Below, in pieces: positions 39,622 through 48,668 of a DNA stretch of 64,000 nucleotides (position 1 is the stretch's first letter; each line of letters starts with the position of its first letter). Origin of the DNA: Rhodospirillales bacterium (GTDB lineage: Bacteria > Pseudomonadota > Alphaproteobacteria > Rhodospirillales > Casp-alpha2). The DNA lies in the NCBI GenBank assembly GCA_040221095.1, contig JAVJVP010000017.1, forward strand, positions 21,708-85,707, read 5' to 3'. A model generated the notes under the pieces. It had not been told where the DNA came from. It was given only the letters and a program-made list of their open reading frames with translations, and searched no databases. Made by a program: the position numbers and the translations under genes.

Positions 39622-40533
39622 TTAGCCGCCGTTGGCGAGGAAGCCTTCCAGGGCATCGGCCACGTCCTCGGCATAAAGGTCGAGGAAGAAATGGTCGGCG
39701 CCGTCGATCATCTTGAACGCGATGCGCTTGTCGTCGGCCTTGCCCGCCATCTTCGCCGGCAGGTCGGCGATGACCGTGTCGTTGGACCCTGCCATGACCA
39801 GGACGGGGACCTTGATTTCGCCCAGGATCGCGGGCGTGTCGAAGCGCGGGTCCGGGCGGTAGTAGCTGACGAAACTGGCCGCCGCCACCTTGGCCGTCGG
39901 GCAGTAGAGAAGGCCCGGCTTGTCCAGCAACTCGCTGCCCTTGCCGGCCTTGACCAGGGCCTCGGCGACGGCCAGGTCCGGCGCCAGGGGGCGGCCGTGG
40001 GATTTCTCGAAGCCCTGGGCAGCCTTTTCCGCGCTCCAGGTCGCGGGCGCCATCAGCACCAGCCTGGTGAGCAGCGGGTTGCCGCGCTCGGCGGCGAAAC
40101 GGGCGGCCTGATTGCCGCCCCGGGAATGGCCGAACAGCACCACGGGTCCGGCGCCCTGGCCCTTCAGCCAGTCCATCCAGGCGGAAATCTCGTCGAGGGC
40201 GTCCAGATGCCGGTGGCGGTGCGGGGTCTTGCAGTCGTACATGCCGTGGCGGTCGTCGATGGCGAGGGACAGGTTGATGGCGAGGGTATTGAGGCCCCGG
40301 TCGTTGAGCACGCCGCGCAGGGTCTTCAGGGTCTCCATGTCGTTATGGGCCAGGGTGCCGTGGACAAGCAGCACCACGCCGTCCTTCAGCGCCTTGCCGG
40401 ACGCCAGGTCCAGTTGCGCGTTGAGGGTCTGGGCCACCGGCTTGATGCGGACCTCCTCGGCGGCGGCGGGCAGGGCCGCGGCCAGCAGGGCGAGCAGGGC
40501 AAGGGCAGGGATGAAGGGGCGGAACAGGCGCAT
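39622..40533 (-). CDS. Secreted alpha/beta-fold hydrolase
   Basis: Signal FIPALALLALLAAALPAAA. Nucleophile elbow GHSRGG. C-terminal DGADHFF. Confidence 0.8.
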   Translation of the reverse strand: MRLFRPFIPALALLALLAAALPAAAEEVRIKPVAQTLNAQLDLASGKALKDGVVLLVHGTLAHNDMETLKTLRGVLNDRGLNTLAINLSLAIDDRHGMYDCKTPHRHRHLDALDEISAWMDWLKGQGAGPVVLFGHSRGGNQAARFAAERGNPLLTRLVLMAPATWSAEKAAQGFEKSHGRPLAPDLAVAEALVKAGKGSELLDKPGLLYCPTAKVAAASFVSYYRPDPRFDTPAILGEIKVPVLVMAGSNDTVIADLPAKMAGKADDKRIAFKMIDGADHFFLDLYAEDVADALEGFLANGG

Positions 40534-40617
40534 GTGGAGGTCTCCCGAGGATGGCGTTTTCACCAGATTACGTTGCCGCGAACACACATTCAAAGATTAT
40601 AAACCGTTTCGGGCCGC

Positions 40618-41544
40618 CTAGCGCTTGCCACGCTCCAGCGACCGGGGATCAAGCGCGTCCTGCAAGCCGTCGCCGACGAAGTTGAAGGCGATCACCGTGA
40701 CGAAGATGGCGAGGCCCGGATAGACGGCCAGGGCCGGGGCGTCCCAGATCAGTTCCTGGGCGTTGGTCAGCAGGTTGCCCCAACTGGGCAGGGGCGGCTG
40801 TATGCCGAGGCCGAGGAAGCTCAGCACCGATTCCAGCAGGATCACGTTGCCGACGGACAGCGTCGTCGCGACGATGATGGGCGAGGCCAGATTGGGCAGG
40901 ATGTGCACGGTCATGATGCGAAAGGACGATGCTCCCTGGGCCCGCGCCGCCAGGACGAAGGGCCGTTCGCGCAAGGACAGCGCCGTCGCGCGGACCAGCC
41001 GCGCCACGGTGGTCCAGCCGACCAGGGCCACGATGACGACGATGCGGTACAGGCTCATGCTTTCCGCCTGGGCCGTCTCGGCGGAAAACCCCAGCTTCTG
41101 CAGGTCGATGGCCGCCAGCACGATCAACAGCGGCAGCAGGGGCAGGGCGATGACCCCGTCGGTCACGCGCATGAACAGCGCATCCAGGCGCCCGCCGAAA
41201 TAGCCCGACAGCAGCCCCACGGTGGTGCCCAGGACCGCCGCCGTCAGGGCCGCCGCGATGCCGACGAACAGCGACACCCGCCCGCCGTACAGCAGGCGCA
41301 GCAGCACGTCGCGCCCGGCCTCGTCGGTGCCGAGGGGATGGGCCGCGCTCGGCCGGGCCAGACGGTTGAACAGGTCGACCGCGTTGGCGTCGATGCCGAG
41401 CCAGCCTTCGACGGCGGGGGCGAGCAGGCTCGCGGCGGCGAGCATGGCCAGCACCCCGGCGCTGACCAGGGCGAGGCGGTGGCGCAGGAACCGCCGCGTG
41501 ACCAGGGCGAGCGGCGTCGCGGCCATGGCGGCGGGGGCGCTCAT
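40618..41544 (-). CDS. ABC transporter permease (DppC/OppC type)
   Basis: GTDEAGRDVLLRLLYGGRVSL and the EAA-loop region ARAQGASSFRIMTVHILPN. The track ORF is longer but overlaps the next gene out of frame. Confidence 0.9.
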   Translation of the reverse strand: MSAPAAMAATPLALVTRRFLRHRLALVSAGVLAMLAAASLLAPAVEGWLGIDANAVDLFNRLARPSAAHPLGTDEAGRDVLLRLLYGGRVSLFVGIAAALTAAVLGTTVGLLSGYFGGRLDALFMRVTDGVIALPLLPLLIVLAAIDLQKLGFSAETAQAESMSLYRIVVIVALVGWTTVARLVRATALSLRERPFVLAARAQGASSFRIMTVHILPNLASPIIVATTLSVGNVILLESVLSFLGLGIQPPLPSWGNLLTNAQELIWDAPALAVYPGLAIFVTVIAFNFVGDGLQDALDPRSLERGKR

Positions 41545-42506
41545 TGCCGCTTCCCTTCGAAGCCGATGCGGGGATCGAGCCAGGCATAGGCGAGATCGGC
41601 CAGGATGTTGCCGACCAGCGTCACCAGGGTGGCCAGCAGCAGGCAGACCAGGGCGAGGTTGAAATCGTTGCCCATGACCGCGTCGAAGGTCAGCTTGCCC
41701 ATGCCCGGATAGGCGAAGATGGTTTCCGTGATCAGCGCGCCCGAGAACAGCGTGCCGAAATCCAGGGCGATGATCGTGGTCACCGGGATCAACGCGTTGC
41801 GGAGCGCATGGCCGAGCACGACCCGCCGTTCGGAAAGACCCTTGGCGCGGGCCGTGCGGATGTAGTCCTGGCGCAGGGTCTCCAGCATGCTGGACCGCAT
41901 ATAGCGGGTATGGCCGCCGACGCTGGCCAGGGTCAGGCTGGCCGCCGGCAGGATCAGATAGATCAACTTGTCCGACCAGCCATCCCGGCCCGGCGTGCCC
42001 AGGCCGCCCGCCGGCAGCCAGCCCAGAACCACGGCGAACAGGATGATCAGCAGCAGGCCCAGCCAGAACGACGGAACCGAGATGCCCGCGAAGGCGAACA
42101 GGTTGACCGAATAGTCGCGCACGGAATATGGCCGGACGGCGGCCCAGATGCCGAGCGGCAGGCCGATGCAAAGCGCCAGGGTCAGGCTGATGCCCAGCAG
42201 GGTCAGGGTATTGCCCAGGGCCGGGCCGAGAATGTCGAACACGGGCTTGGCGAACAGGCGGGAGAACCCGAAATCGCCTTGCAGCACGGCGAGCAGCCAG
42301 TTGCCGTAGCGCTCCGCCACCGGACGGTCGAGACCGTAGATTTCCCGCAGTTTGGCGACGTCGGCGGAGGTCAGGTCCGGGTCCGCGGAAATCATCAGAT
42401 CCACCGGATCGCCCGGCATCAGGCCGATCAGCCCGAAGATGACGAACGACATCACCGCCAGAACGACGGCCGATTGGATCAGGCGTTCACCGAGAAAGCG
42501 CAGCAT
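41541..42506 (-). CDS. ABC transporter permease (DppB/OppB type)
   Basis: MLRFLGERLIQSAVVLAVMSFVIFGLIGLMPGDP and TARAKGLSERRVVLGHALRNAL. Confidence 0.9.
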   Translation of the reverse strand: MLRFLGERLIQSAVVLAVMSFVIFGLIGLMPGDPVDLMISADPDLTSADVAKLREIYGLDRPVAERYGNWLLAVLQGDFGFSRLFAKPVFDILGPALGNTLTLLGISLTLALCIGLPLGIWAAVRPYSVRDYSVNLFAFAGISVPSFWLGLLLIILFAVVLGWLPAGGLGTPGRDGWSDKLIYLILPAASLTLASVGGHTRYMRSSMLETLRQDYIRTARAKGLSERRVVLGHALRNALIPVTTIIALDFGTLFSGALITETIFAYPGMGKLTFDAVMGNDFNLALVCLLLATLVTLVGNILADLAYAWLDPRIGFEGKRQ

Positions 42507-42560
42507 GGGGGGGAGGGTAATCCGGCGCATGGCGGGGGGCCAGAGAAAGTGGGGCGCCCC

Positions 42561-42700
42561 CCTCACCCCGGCCCTCTCCCCCAAGGGGGAGAGGGAGGTC
42601 TTTGTCCGAAACTGTGTCGCCTCTCGTCTCTTGAAGGGAGGGTCGGATATGGCGAAAATCGACCCCTCTCCCCCAAGGGGGAGAGGGTAGGGTGAGGGGG
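42561..42700. repeat. Two inverted copies of a GC-rich palindromic element (cctcacccc..ccctctccccc-aa-gggggagaggg)
   Basis: Copy 1 at 42561-42596 and copy 2 (reverse orientation) at 42664-42700. Each holds an 11-bp perfect hairpin. Read directly. Confidence 0.7.
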
Positions 42701-42707
42701 AACCTTC

Positions 42708-43034
42708 ATGACGACATTGCCGCGCCGCCTGCGCAAATCGATGACGGATGCGGAACGCCGTTTATGGCAGGCGCTGCGCAACCGCCAACTGGCCGGCCAT
42801 AAGTTCCGCCGCCAGCATCCGATCCCGCCCTATGTGGCTGACTTCGCCTGCGTGGAACGTGGATTGATCGTCGAGGTTGATGGCGGTCAACACAGCGAGC
42901 GGACGGAAGCCGATGCAGCGCGGACACAGGCATTGCAGGCACAAGGGTTCCGCGTCCTGCGCGTCTGGAACAACGAGGTGATGGAGAATCTGGAAGGCGT
43001 CCTTGCCGTCATCCTCCGGGCCTTGGAGGCATAA
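42708..43034 (+). CDS. DUF559 (Vsr-like endonuclease fold) protein
   Basis: MTDAERRLWQALRNRQLAGHKFRRQHPIPPYVADFAC...LIVEVDGGQH...RVLRVWNNEV is the DUF559 pattern. Confidence 0.85.
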   Translation: MTTLPRRLRKSMTDAERRLWQALRNRQLAGHKFRRQHPIPPYVADFACVERGLIVEVDGGQHSERTEADAARTQALQAQGFRVLRVWNNEVMENLEGVLAVILRALEA

Positions 43035-43045
43035 ACCGTCCGCGC

Positions 43046-44725
43046 CTATTTGACGCCCCAGTTCTCGACCCACAGGCTGGACGGGTACTGGTGGCCCGTG
43101 GGGGCGACGCCGGTCAGCCAGGGCGGCATGATGAAGCTCTCGGCCCGGAAGTAGAGGGGAATGGCCGGCAGTTCGGTGGCGTAGATTTCCTGCAGCCGGT
43201 GCCACAGCTTCTTGCGCGTGGGCTTGTCCAGTTCGACCTCGATCTTCTCGATCAACGCGTCCATTTCCGCGTTCTTGAAGCCCGGATAGTTCTGCCCGGC
43301 CCAGCCGTTGGCCTCGGTCGGGATATGGGCGGAATGCAGGCTCGTGCGCGGCACGCTTTCCGGGGCCGACGACCAGGCATACATGGCCAGGCCCGTGAAC
43401 TTGCGCTGGGTCACCGTCTGGCCGAAGTAGACGCGGGCCGGTTCGTTCTTGATGCGCACGTCGATGCCGACGGCCTTCCACTGGCTTTGCAGCACTTGCT
43501 GGACCAGCTCGCGGGCCTTGGATCCGGCCGTGGTCATGAACTCGAAGCGCAGCGCTTCGCCCGTGTCCTTATGGTGGCGCACACCCTGGACCAGCTTGGT
43601 AAATCCAGCCTTTACAAGAAGTTCCAGGGCTTTCCTTGGGTCATAGGTGTATTTCGGAATGTCCTCGGCGGCGACCCAGTCGAGGGGGTTGACCGACGAT
43701 TGGGCGACCGGTTGGCGGCCGCCGAACAGCTGTTGGGAAACGGCCTCGCGGTCGATGGCGTAGACCAGGGCGTGGCGGATGTCCCGGTTCTGCAGCAGCG
43801 GATTGTCCTGGTTCAGGTCGATGTGCTCATAGACCAGGCCGGGCTTGTAGAGGATGCGGAACTTCCGCCCGTGGCGTTTTTCGAAGCGCAGGGCCTGATC
43901 GACTGTGAAGCCCAGTTCGCCCGAGATCATGTCGATGTTGCCGGACAGCAGATTGGCCTCGAGCGCCGCCGTGTTGGGGATGATCTTGACCACGATGCGC
44001 TTGAACGCCCCCGGCTTGCCCCACCATTTCGGATTGCGTTCCAGAATGATGTAGCTGCCGCGCTGGGTTTCCGTGATCAGGTAGGGACCGAAGTACAGCG
44101 CTTCATTGGTGGTCTGCGTGTCGAAGGCGGTCTTGTTCTTGTAGTTCACCGGATCGGCGTCGAAGTTGACCGCGTCGACATGGGCCGGGATCAGGTTGAA
44201 GGAATTGATGGCGTTGTAGTCGAAGGTCAGCTTGTCGAAATGGAGGGTGAAGGTCTTGTCGTCCTTGGTGTCGAGCTTATAGGCCGAGCGGTAGAATTCG
44301 ATCGGCAGGATGCCGGTCTTGCCGTGACGGCCCGCGCGCCAGGTGAATTCGACGTCCTTGGTCGTGATCGGCGTGCCGTCGCCCCATACGGCATCGGGGC
44401 GGATGGTGTAGGTGACGGCGATGCCCTTCTTGCCGTTCGGCGCCGTTTCCGGCACGGCCAGGCCGTTTTCGATCGTCGGCAGCTTGGTGCAGAGCATGCA
44501 GACCAACTGCCAGTTCTGGTCGAACACGGTGAACGGGCGGCGCGTGAAGCCCAGGATGTAGGACTTCGCCACCATGCTGTCGATGTTGGGATGGAAGGTC
44601 GACGGATACTGGGTGATGCCGATGGTGAGTTGGTCGCGCTCCGCCGCGCGGACGGGGGCGGCGGCGCACAGCATCACAAGGGCGGCGGCGAGGAGGGTTT
44701 TCAGGACAGGTCCGGCCGGTCGCAT
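43046..44725 (-). CDS. ABC transporter substrate-binding protein, family 5 (peptide/nickel type)
   Basis: Signal LLAAALVMLCAAAPVRA. 559 aa. The WGDGTPITTKDVEFTW block is typical of SBP_bac_5. Confidence 0.9.
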   Translation of the reverse strand: MRPAGPVLKTLLAAALVMLCAAAPVRAAERDQLTIGITQYPSTFHPNIDSMVAKSYILGFTRRPFTVFDQNWQLVCMLCTKLPTIENGLAVPETAPNGKKGIAVTYTIRPDAVWGDGTPITTKDVEFTWRAGRHGKTGILPIEFYRSAYKLDTKDDKTFTLHFDKLTFDYNAINSFNLIPAHVDAVNFDADPVNYKNKTAFDTQTTNEALYFGPYLITETQRGSYIILERNPKWWGKPGAFKRIVVKIIPNTAALEANLLSGNIDMISGELGFTVDQALRFEKRHGRKFRILYKPGLVYEHIDLNQDNPLLQNRDIRHALVYAIDREAVSQQLFGGRQPVAQSSVNPLDWVAAEDIPKYTYDPRKALELLVKAGFTKLVQGVRHHKDTGEALRFEFMTTAGSKARELVQQVLQSQWKAVGIDVRIKNEPARVYFGQTVTQRKFTGLAMYAWSSAPESVPRTSLHSAHIPTEANGWAGQNYPGFKNAEMDALIEKIEVELDKPTRKKLWHRLQEIYATELPAIPLYFRAESFIMPPWLTGVAPTGHQYPSSLWVENWGVK

Positions 44726-44746
44726 GGGGTCTCCTCGGGTCGTTGC

Positions 44747-45424
44747 TCAGTCGTCGTAGCCGCGTCCGCCGTGGGCCAGGGACCATTTCTCCGGATCGTC
44801 GAGAAACGCGCGCACCCCGGCGATGGTTTCCGCATCGAAGTATCCGCCATCCTCGGCGACCTGCAACACATCTTTCCAGGTCGCGAGATAGCGCAGCGTC
44901 ACGCCCTCTTTCTCCAGGCCTTCCAAGGCGCCCCTGAACACGCCGTAGAAGAACACCACGAAGGCGTCCGTGCATTCGGCTCCGGCGTTGCGGATGGCGT
45001 GGACGAAATTGAGTTTCGACGCCCCGTCGGACGCCAGATCCTCGACCAGAAGCACCTTGGAGCCTTCGACCAGATTGCCCTCGATCTGGGCGTCGCGGCC
45101 GAAGCCCTTGGGCTTCTTGCGCACGTAGAGCATGGGCTTGGACGCGGCTTCGGAAATCCAGGCGGCATAGGGGATGCCCGCGGTCTCGCCGCCAGCCACG
45201 GCGTCGACGGCGTCCAGGCCGGCATCACGGCGCAGCATCTCGACCCCCAGTTCGATGATCCGCCGCCGCGCCTCGGTAAAGGAAATGACCCAGCGGCAGT
45301 CGATATAGACCGGGCTGGCCCAGCCCGAGGTGAACATGTAGGGCTCCTGCGGCCGGAAATTCACGGCCTTGATGTCGAGCAGAAGTTTCGCGGTTTCCTG
45401 GGCTGGGGGCATGGCGGTGGTCAT
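44747..45424 (-). CDS. pyrE: Orotate phosphoribosyltransferase
   Basis: PRPP loop VLLVEDLASDGASK and GGETAGIPYAAW. Confidence 0.92.
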   Translation of the reverse strand: MTTAMPPAQETAKLLLDIKAVNFRPQEPYMFTSGWASPVYIDCRWVISFTEARRRIIELGVEMLRRDAGLDAVDAVAGGETAGIPYAAWISEAASKPMLYVRKKPKGFGRDAQIEGNLVEGSKVLLVEDLASDGASKLNFVHAIRNAGAECTDAFVVFFYGVFRGALEGLEKEGVTLRYLATWKDVLQVAEDGGYFDAETIAGVRAFLDDPEKWSLAHGGRGYDD

Positions 45425-45636
45425 GGGGGCCTCGTGCGCTCTGGAACCCGCCGAACAGGGGCGGGCGGGCTGGATCGGTCGGATGGTTCAGGCCGGAGAT
45501 TTATGGCCCGCGTCTGGGGTTTTCGTTTAACGGGTTCGCCCCAGGCCCGCAAGCGCGCGCGGGGCCGGGGCGGGGGATAAAATCCCGCCGGTGAAAATCC
45601 TTGTTGCCCTCTATTGGTCTGTGGTATACCATATGC

Positions 45637-45791
45637 CAGTTGATTGAACGCCGCTGCCGATGACGCCCTCCCGGGGATCCATCCTCGCAGTTTCGGAATG
45701 CTCCCTGCTTGGCACGGCGACCTGTGATCACTATTCTCCCTCCCAATCCTGGGGGCTCGGTCGACCACCGGCCGGGCCCCTTTTTCTTTTT
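45637..45791 (+). ncRNA. Candidate trans-acting sRNA (promoter-like element to intrinsic terminator, CU-rich motifs)
   Basis: ttgttg-N18-tatacc at 45601-45630. Long-range helix cgccgcugcc (45649-58) pairs with ggcacggcg (45711-19). ucucccuccca at 45735-45745. Terminator stem 45751-45780 plus tttttcttttt. Confidence 0.35.
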
Positions 45792-45831
45792 GTCCGCGCA
45801 AGAACGGACCGGCCGGGAGGGCCCCCCTTAA

Positions 45832-47811
45832 GTGAACCGACAGGAACGGCGCCGGCAGAAGAAGCTTGCGGAGACGGCGGACCGTCTTTCGCCCAAGGGC
45901 CGCGCGCGCCTGACCGCCGGGGTTGAGGCCTTCAACGCGGGCCGCTTCGGCGAGGCCGAGGAGGCCTTCACCAAGGTCCTGGCCGAACGCCCGCGCGAGG
46001 CCCAGGCCCTGCATCTTCTGGGATTGATCGAATACCGCACGGGCCGCCTGGAACTGGCGGCGGACCATCTGGTCGCGGCCTCCATGGTCGACGGCGAGGA
46101 TCCGGCGATCCACGCCAATCTGGCCGCCGTCCTCAACCTCTGCGGCCGCGGCGCCGAGGCCGAGGCGGCGTCCCGCCATGTCCTGGAACTGCGCCCCGAC
46201 AACGCCGAGGCCTACAACAATCTGGCCGTGGCCATGGAACTGCAGGACCGCATCGACGAGGCCGAGGCCTGCGGCAAGCGGGCGGTCGAACTCGATCCCA
46301 AGCATCTGGAAGCCCATATCAACTTAGGGAATCTCTATTTCCGCAAGGGTGCGCTGGCCGAGGCGGCGGCGATGTACCGCCGCGCCGCCGAGATCGATCC
46401 GGCCAACCCCATAGCGCCCGGCAACCTGGGCGTCGTGCTGCGCCGCCTGGGCGATCTGGCGGGGGCCGAGGAATTCTGCCGCAAGGCGCTGGCCCTCAAA
46501 CCGGATTATGCCGAGGGCTTTAACGCGCTCGGCAACGTGCTGATGGCGCGGGGCGACATTCTGGGCGCGCTGGACGCCTTCCGCGCCGCGCTGACCCACC
46601 GTGACGGTTATCTGGAGGCGCGGGCCAATTTGGCGGGCGCCCTGTTCAAATCCGGCGATCTGGAGCGGGCGGAAGATGCCTACCGCGACACGGTCGCGCG
46701 GTTCGACCGTTTCGCGGGGGCCTGGTCGGGCCTGGGCACGGTGCTGCTGGCCAAGGGCGACACGGCCGGTGCGGAAGAAGCCTTCCTGCGCGCCGTCGAG
46801 GCCCACCAAGGCCTGGGCGACGCCTGGGTCAACCTGGCCGCCGCCGGGGCCTTGACGGAAGATCACGAGGCGCAGCTGGCCGAACTGCTGGAAACCGCGC
46901 CGGAAAACGACCAGACGGCGCAGGTTCTGTTCGCCCTGGGGGCGGCCAAGGACCGGCGCGGTGACCATGCGGAGGCATTCGCCGCCTTCGCCAAGGCCAA
47001 TGCCATGCGCCGCCGCCTGCTGGACGGGGCCGGGCAGGGCTTCGATGCGGCGCAATTCGAGCGTTGGGTCGACGACATCATCGCCACCGTCGACAGGGAT
47101 TTCCTCGCCAAATCCAAGGGCTGGGGCGACGCGTCACAGGCGCCGGTGCTGGTTGTCGGCATGCCGCGCTCGGGCACGACCCTGGTCGAACAGATCATTT
47201 CCAGCCACGGGCAGGGGGCGGGCGCAGGGGAACTGGACGCCCTGTCGCGGCTGCTGCCCGATTATCCCCAAGGCGTCGCCGACCTGGACGCCGAACAGGC
47301 GGCGGTTCTGGCGGCGGACTTTCTGAAGCACCTGGGCGCCGGGCGGGACGCCCTGCGCATCGTCGATAAGACGCCCCTCAACATCTTCATATTGGGACTG
47401 GCGCAGGTGCTGATGCCGGGCGCGCGGGTCGTCCATTGCGTGCGCGACGCCAAGGACACGGCGTTGTCCTGCTATTTCACCAATTTCACCCAGGGCCTGA
47501 CCTGGTCCACGGACCTTGCCGAGATCGCCCGCATGCAGGCGGCCCAGGACCGCGTCATGGCCCATTGGCGGGATGTTCTGGACCTGCCGATCCATGAACT
47601 GCGTTACGAAGACCTGATCGCCGACCAGGAAGGGCAAAGCCGCGCCCTGATCGATTTCCTGGGGCTCGACTGGGATCCCGCCTGCCTGGATTTCCATACC
47701 TCCGGCAACGCGGTGCTGACGGCGTCGAACTGGCAGGTTCGCCGACCGCTGTACAAGAGCGCCGTCGGGCGGGCCGAGGCCTACCAGGCGTTTCTGCCCG
47801 GCACGCCGTAA
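45832..47811 (+). CDS. TPR-repeat protein fused to a sulfotransferase domain
   Basis: About 10 TPR units (AEAYNNLAVAMELQDRIDEAEACGKRAVELDP and others). C-terminal PAPS 5'-PSB loop GMPRSGTTLVEQI. GTG start. Confidence 0.8.
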   Translation: MNRQERRRQKKLAETADRLSPKGRARLTAGVEAFNAGRFGEAEEAFTKVLAERPREAQALHLLGLIEYRTGRLELAADHLVAASMVDGEDPAIHANLAAVLNLCGRGAEAEAASRHVLELRPDNAEAYNNLAVAMELQDRIDEAEACGKRAVELDPKHLEAHINLGNLYFRKGALAEAAAMYRRAAEIDPANPIAPGNLGVVLRRLGDLAGAEEFCRKALALKPDYAEGFNALGNVLMARGDILGALDAFRAALTHRDGYLEARANLAGALFKSGDLERAEDAYRDTVARFDRFAGAWSGLGTVLLAKGDTAGAEEAFLRAVEAHQGLGDAWVNLAAAGALTEDHEAQLAELLETAPENDQTAQVLFALGAAKDRRGDHAEAFAAFAKANAMRRRLLDGAGQGFDAAQFERWVDDIIATVDRDFLAKSKGWGDASQAPVLVVGMPRSGTTLVEQIISSHGQGAGAGELDALSRLLPDYPQGVADLDAEQAAVLAADFLKHLGAGRDALRIVDKTPLNIFILGLAQVLMPGARVVHCVRDAKDTALSCYFTNFTQGLTWSTDLAEIARMQAAQDRVMAHWRDVLDLPIHELRYEDLIADQEGQSRALIDFLGLDWDPACLDFHTSGNAVLTASNWQVRRPLYKSAVGRAEAYQAFLPGTP

Positions 47812-47881
47812 GCGCCCCCAAAACTTTCCAACCTTGTGAGCGTCGATCCGGGCTGCGCCCGTGGCGCTGTGTGCGGCCGTA

Positions 47882-47929
47882 TTGACAGCGCCGTATGGGA
47901 GTTTTATTATTTTTTTGAATTCCGAATTC
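47882..47929 (+). promoter_or_regulatory. Near-consensus sigma70-type promoter TTGACA-N17-TATTAT plus gaattc-c-gaattc palindrome
   Basis: ttgaca 47882-87, 17-nt spacer counted, tattat 47905-10. The 13-bp palindrome at 47917-47929 overlaps the expected transcription start. Confidence 0.5.
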
Positions 47930-47950
47930 ACAAATTTAAAAATATAATAA

Positions 47951-48664
47951 ATGCAGCAGCTTAAACTTAAATCAGATCTGACGCAGCAGGCGCTTGAGGC
48001 CATTCGGGATGCGATCCTGTCCGGCGAATTGCCGCCCTGCGCACCCGTCGCCCAGGAAGAAATGGCCGAACGCCTCGGCGTCAGCCGCCAGCCGGTCAGC
48101 CGCGCCCTGGTGCTGCTTCAGCGCGAGGGCCTGATCGTCGAACGCGGCCGCAAGGGCTACATGGTCGCCCCGGTGGATGCGGAGCGGCTGCGGGCGCTCT
48201 ATCAGGTGCGTGGCGCCCTGGACCGTTTGGCGGCGCGTCTGGCCGCCGGCCAGGACGATCCCGAGGGCGCCCGCCGGCGGCTGTTCGACCGCCTGATGGC
48301 CGACGGCCGCGCGGCCGTGGCCGAGGGCAGCATCGCCCGGCTGGTCGCCACCGACGTCGCTTTTCATCAGGCGCTGTACGCCCTGGCGGGCAATCCGGAA
48401 ATCGCGGCGACGGCGGAGGGGGCATGGCCCCACATGGTGCGGGCCATGCGCATGGTCCTTGAGGACACCAGCCGCCACGAAACCATCTGGGCCGATCACG
48501 CCGCAATCGCCGAGGCCGTCATGGCGGGCGACGTGGACGGCGCCGGCGAGTTGGCGGCGCGGCATGTTGAATCGGCGGGCGAGGCGACCTATCGCCGGCT
48601 CATGAACCTTGATCCGGGGCCGCAGACCCCGAACGCGACAAACAAGACATCAATCGGAGGATGA
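47951..48664 (+). CDS. GntR-family (FadR/FCD subfamily) transcriptional regulator
   Basis: EEMAERLGVSRQPVSRALVLLQREGLI wHTH and a helical FCD C-terminal domain. Confidence 0.88.
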   Translation: MQQLKLKSDLTQQALEAIRDAILSGELPPCAPVAQEEMAERLGVSRQPVSRALVLLQREGLIVERGRKGYMVAPVDAERLRALYQVRGALDRLAARLAAGQDDPEGARRRLFDRLMADGRAAVAEGSIARLVATDVAFHQALYALAGNPEIAATAEGAWPHMVRAMRMVLEDTSRHETIWADHAAIAEAVMAGDVDGAGELAARHVESAGEATYRRLMNLDPGPQTPNATNKTSIGG

Positions 48665-48668
48665 TCCC

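Noticed and set aside
40618-42171. 517-aa extended form of the DppC-type permease ORF
   Set aside because: The N-terminal 209 codons overlap the DppB-type permease gene in another frame and have no membrane-protein character. The internal ATG at 41544 gives a normal 308-aa permease with a 4-nt overlap.
43091-45580. 829-aa ORF antisense to the ABC binding-protein gene and pyrE
   Set aside because: It spans two well-supported minus-strand genes and their intergenic spacer. It has the same GC-driven shadow-frame composition.
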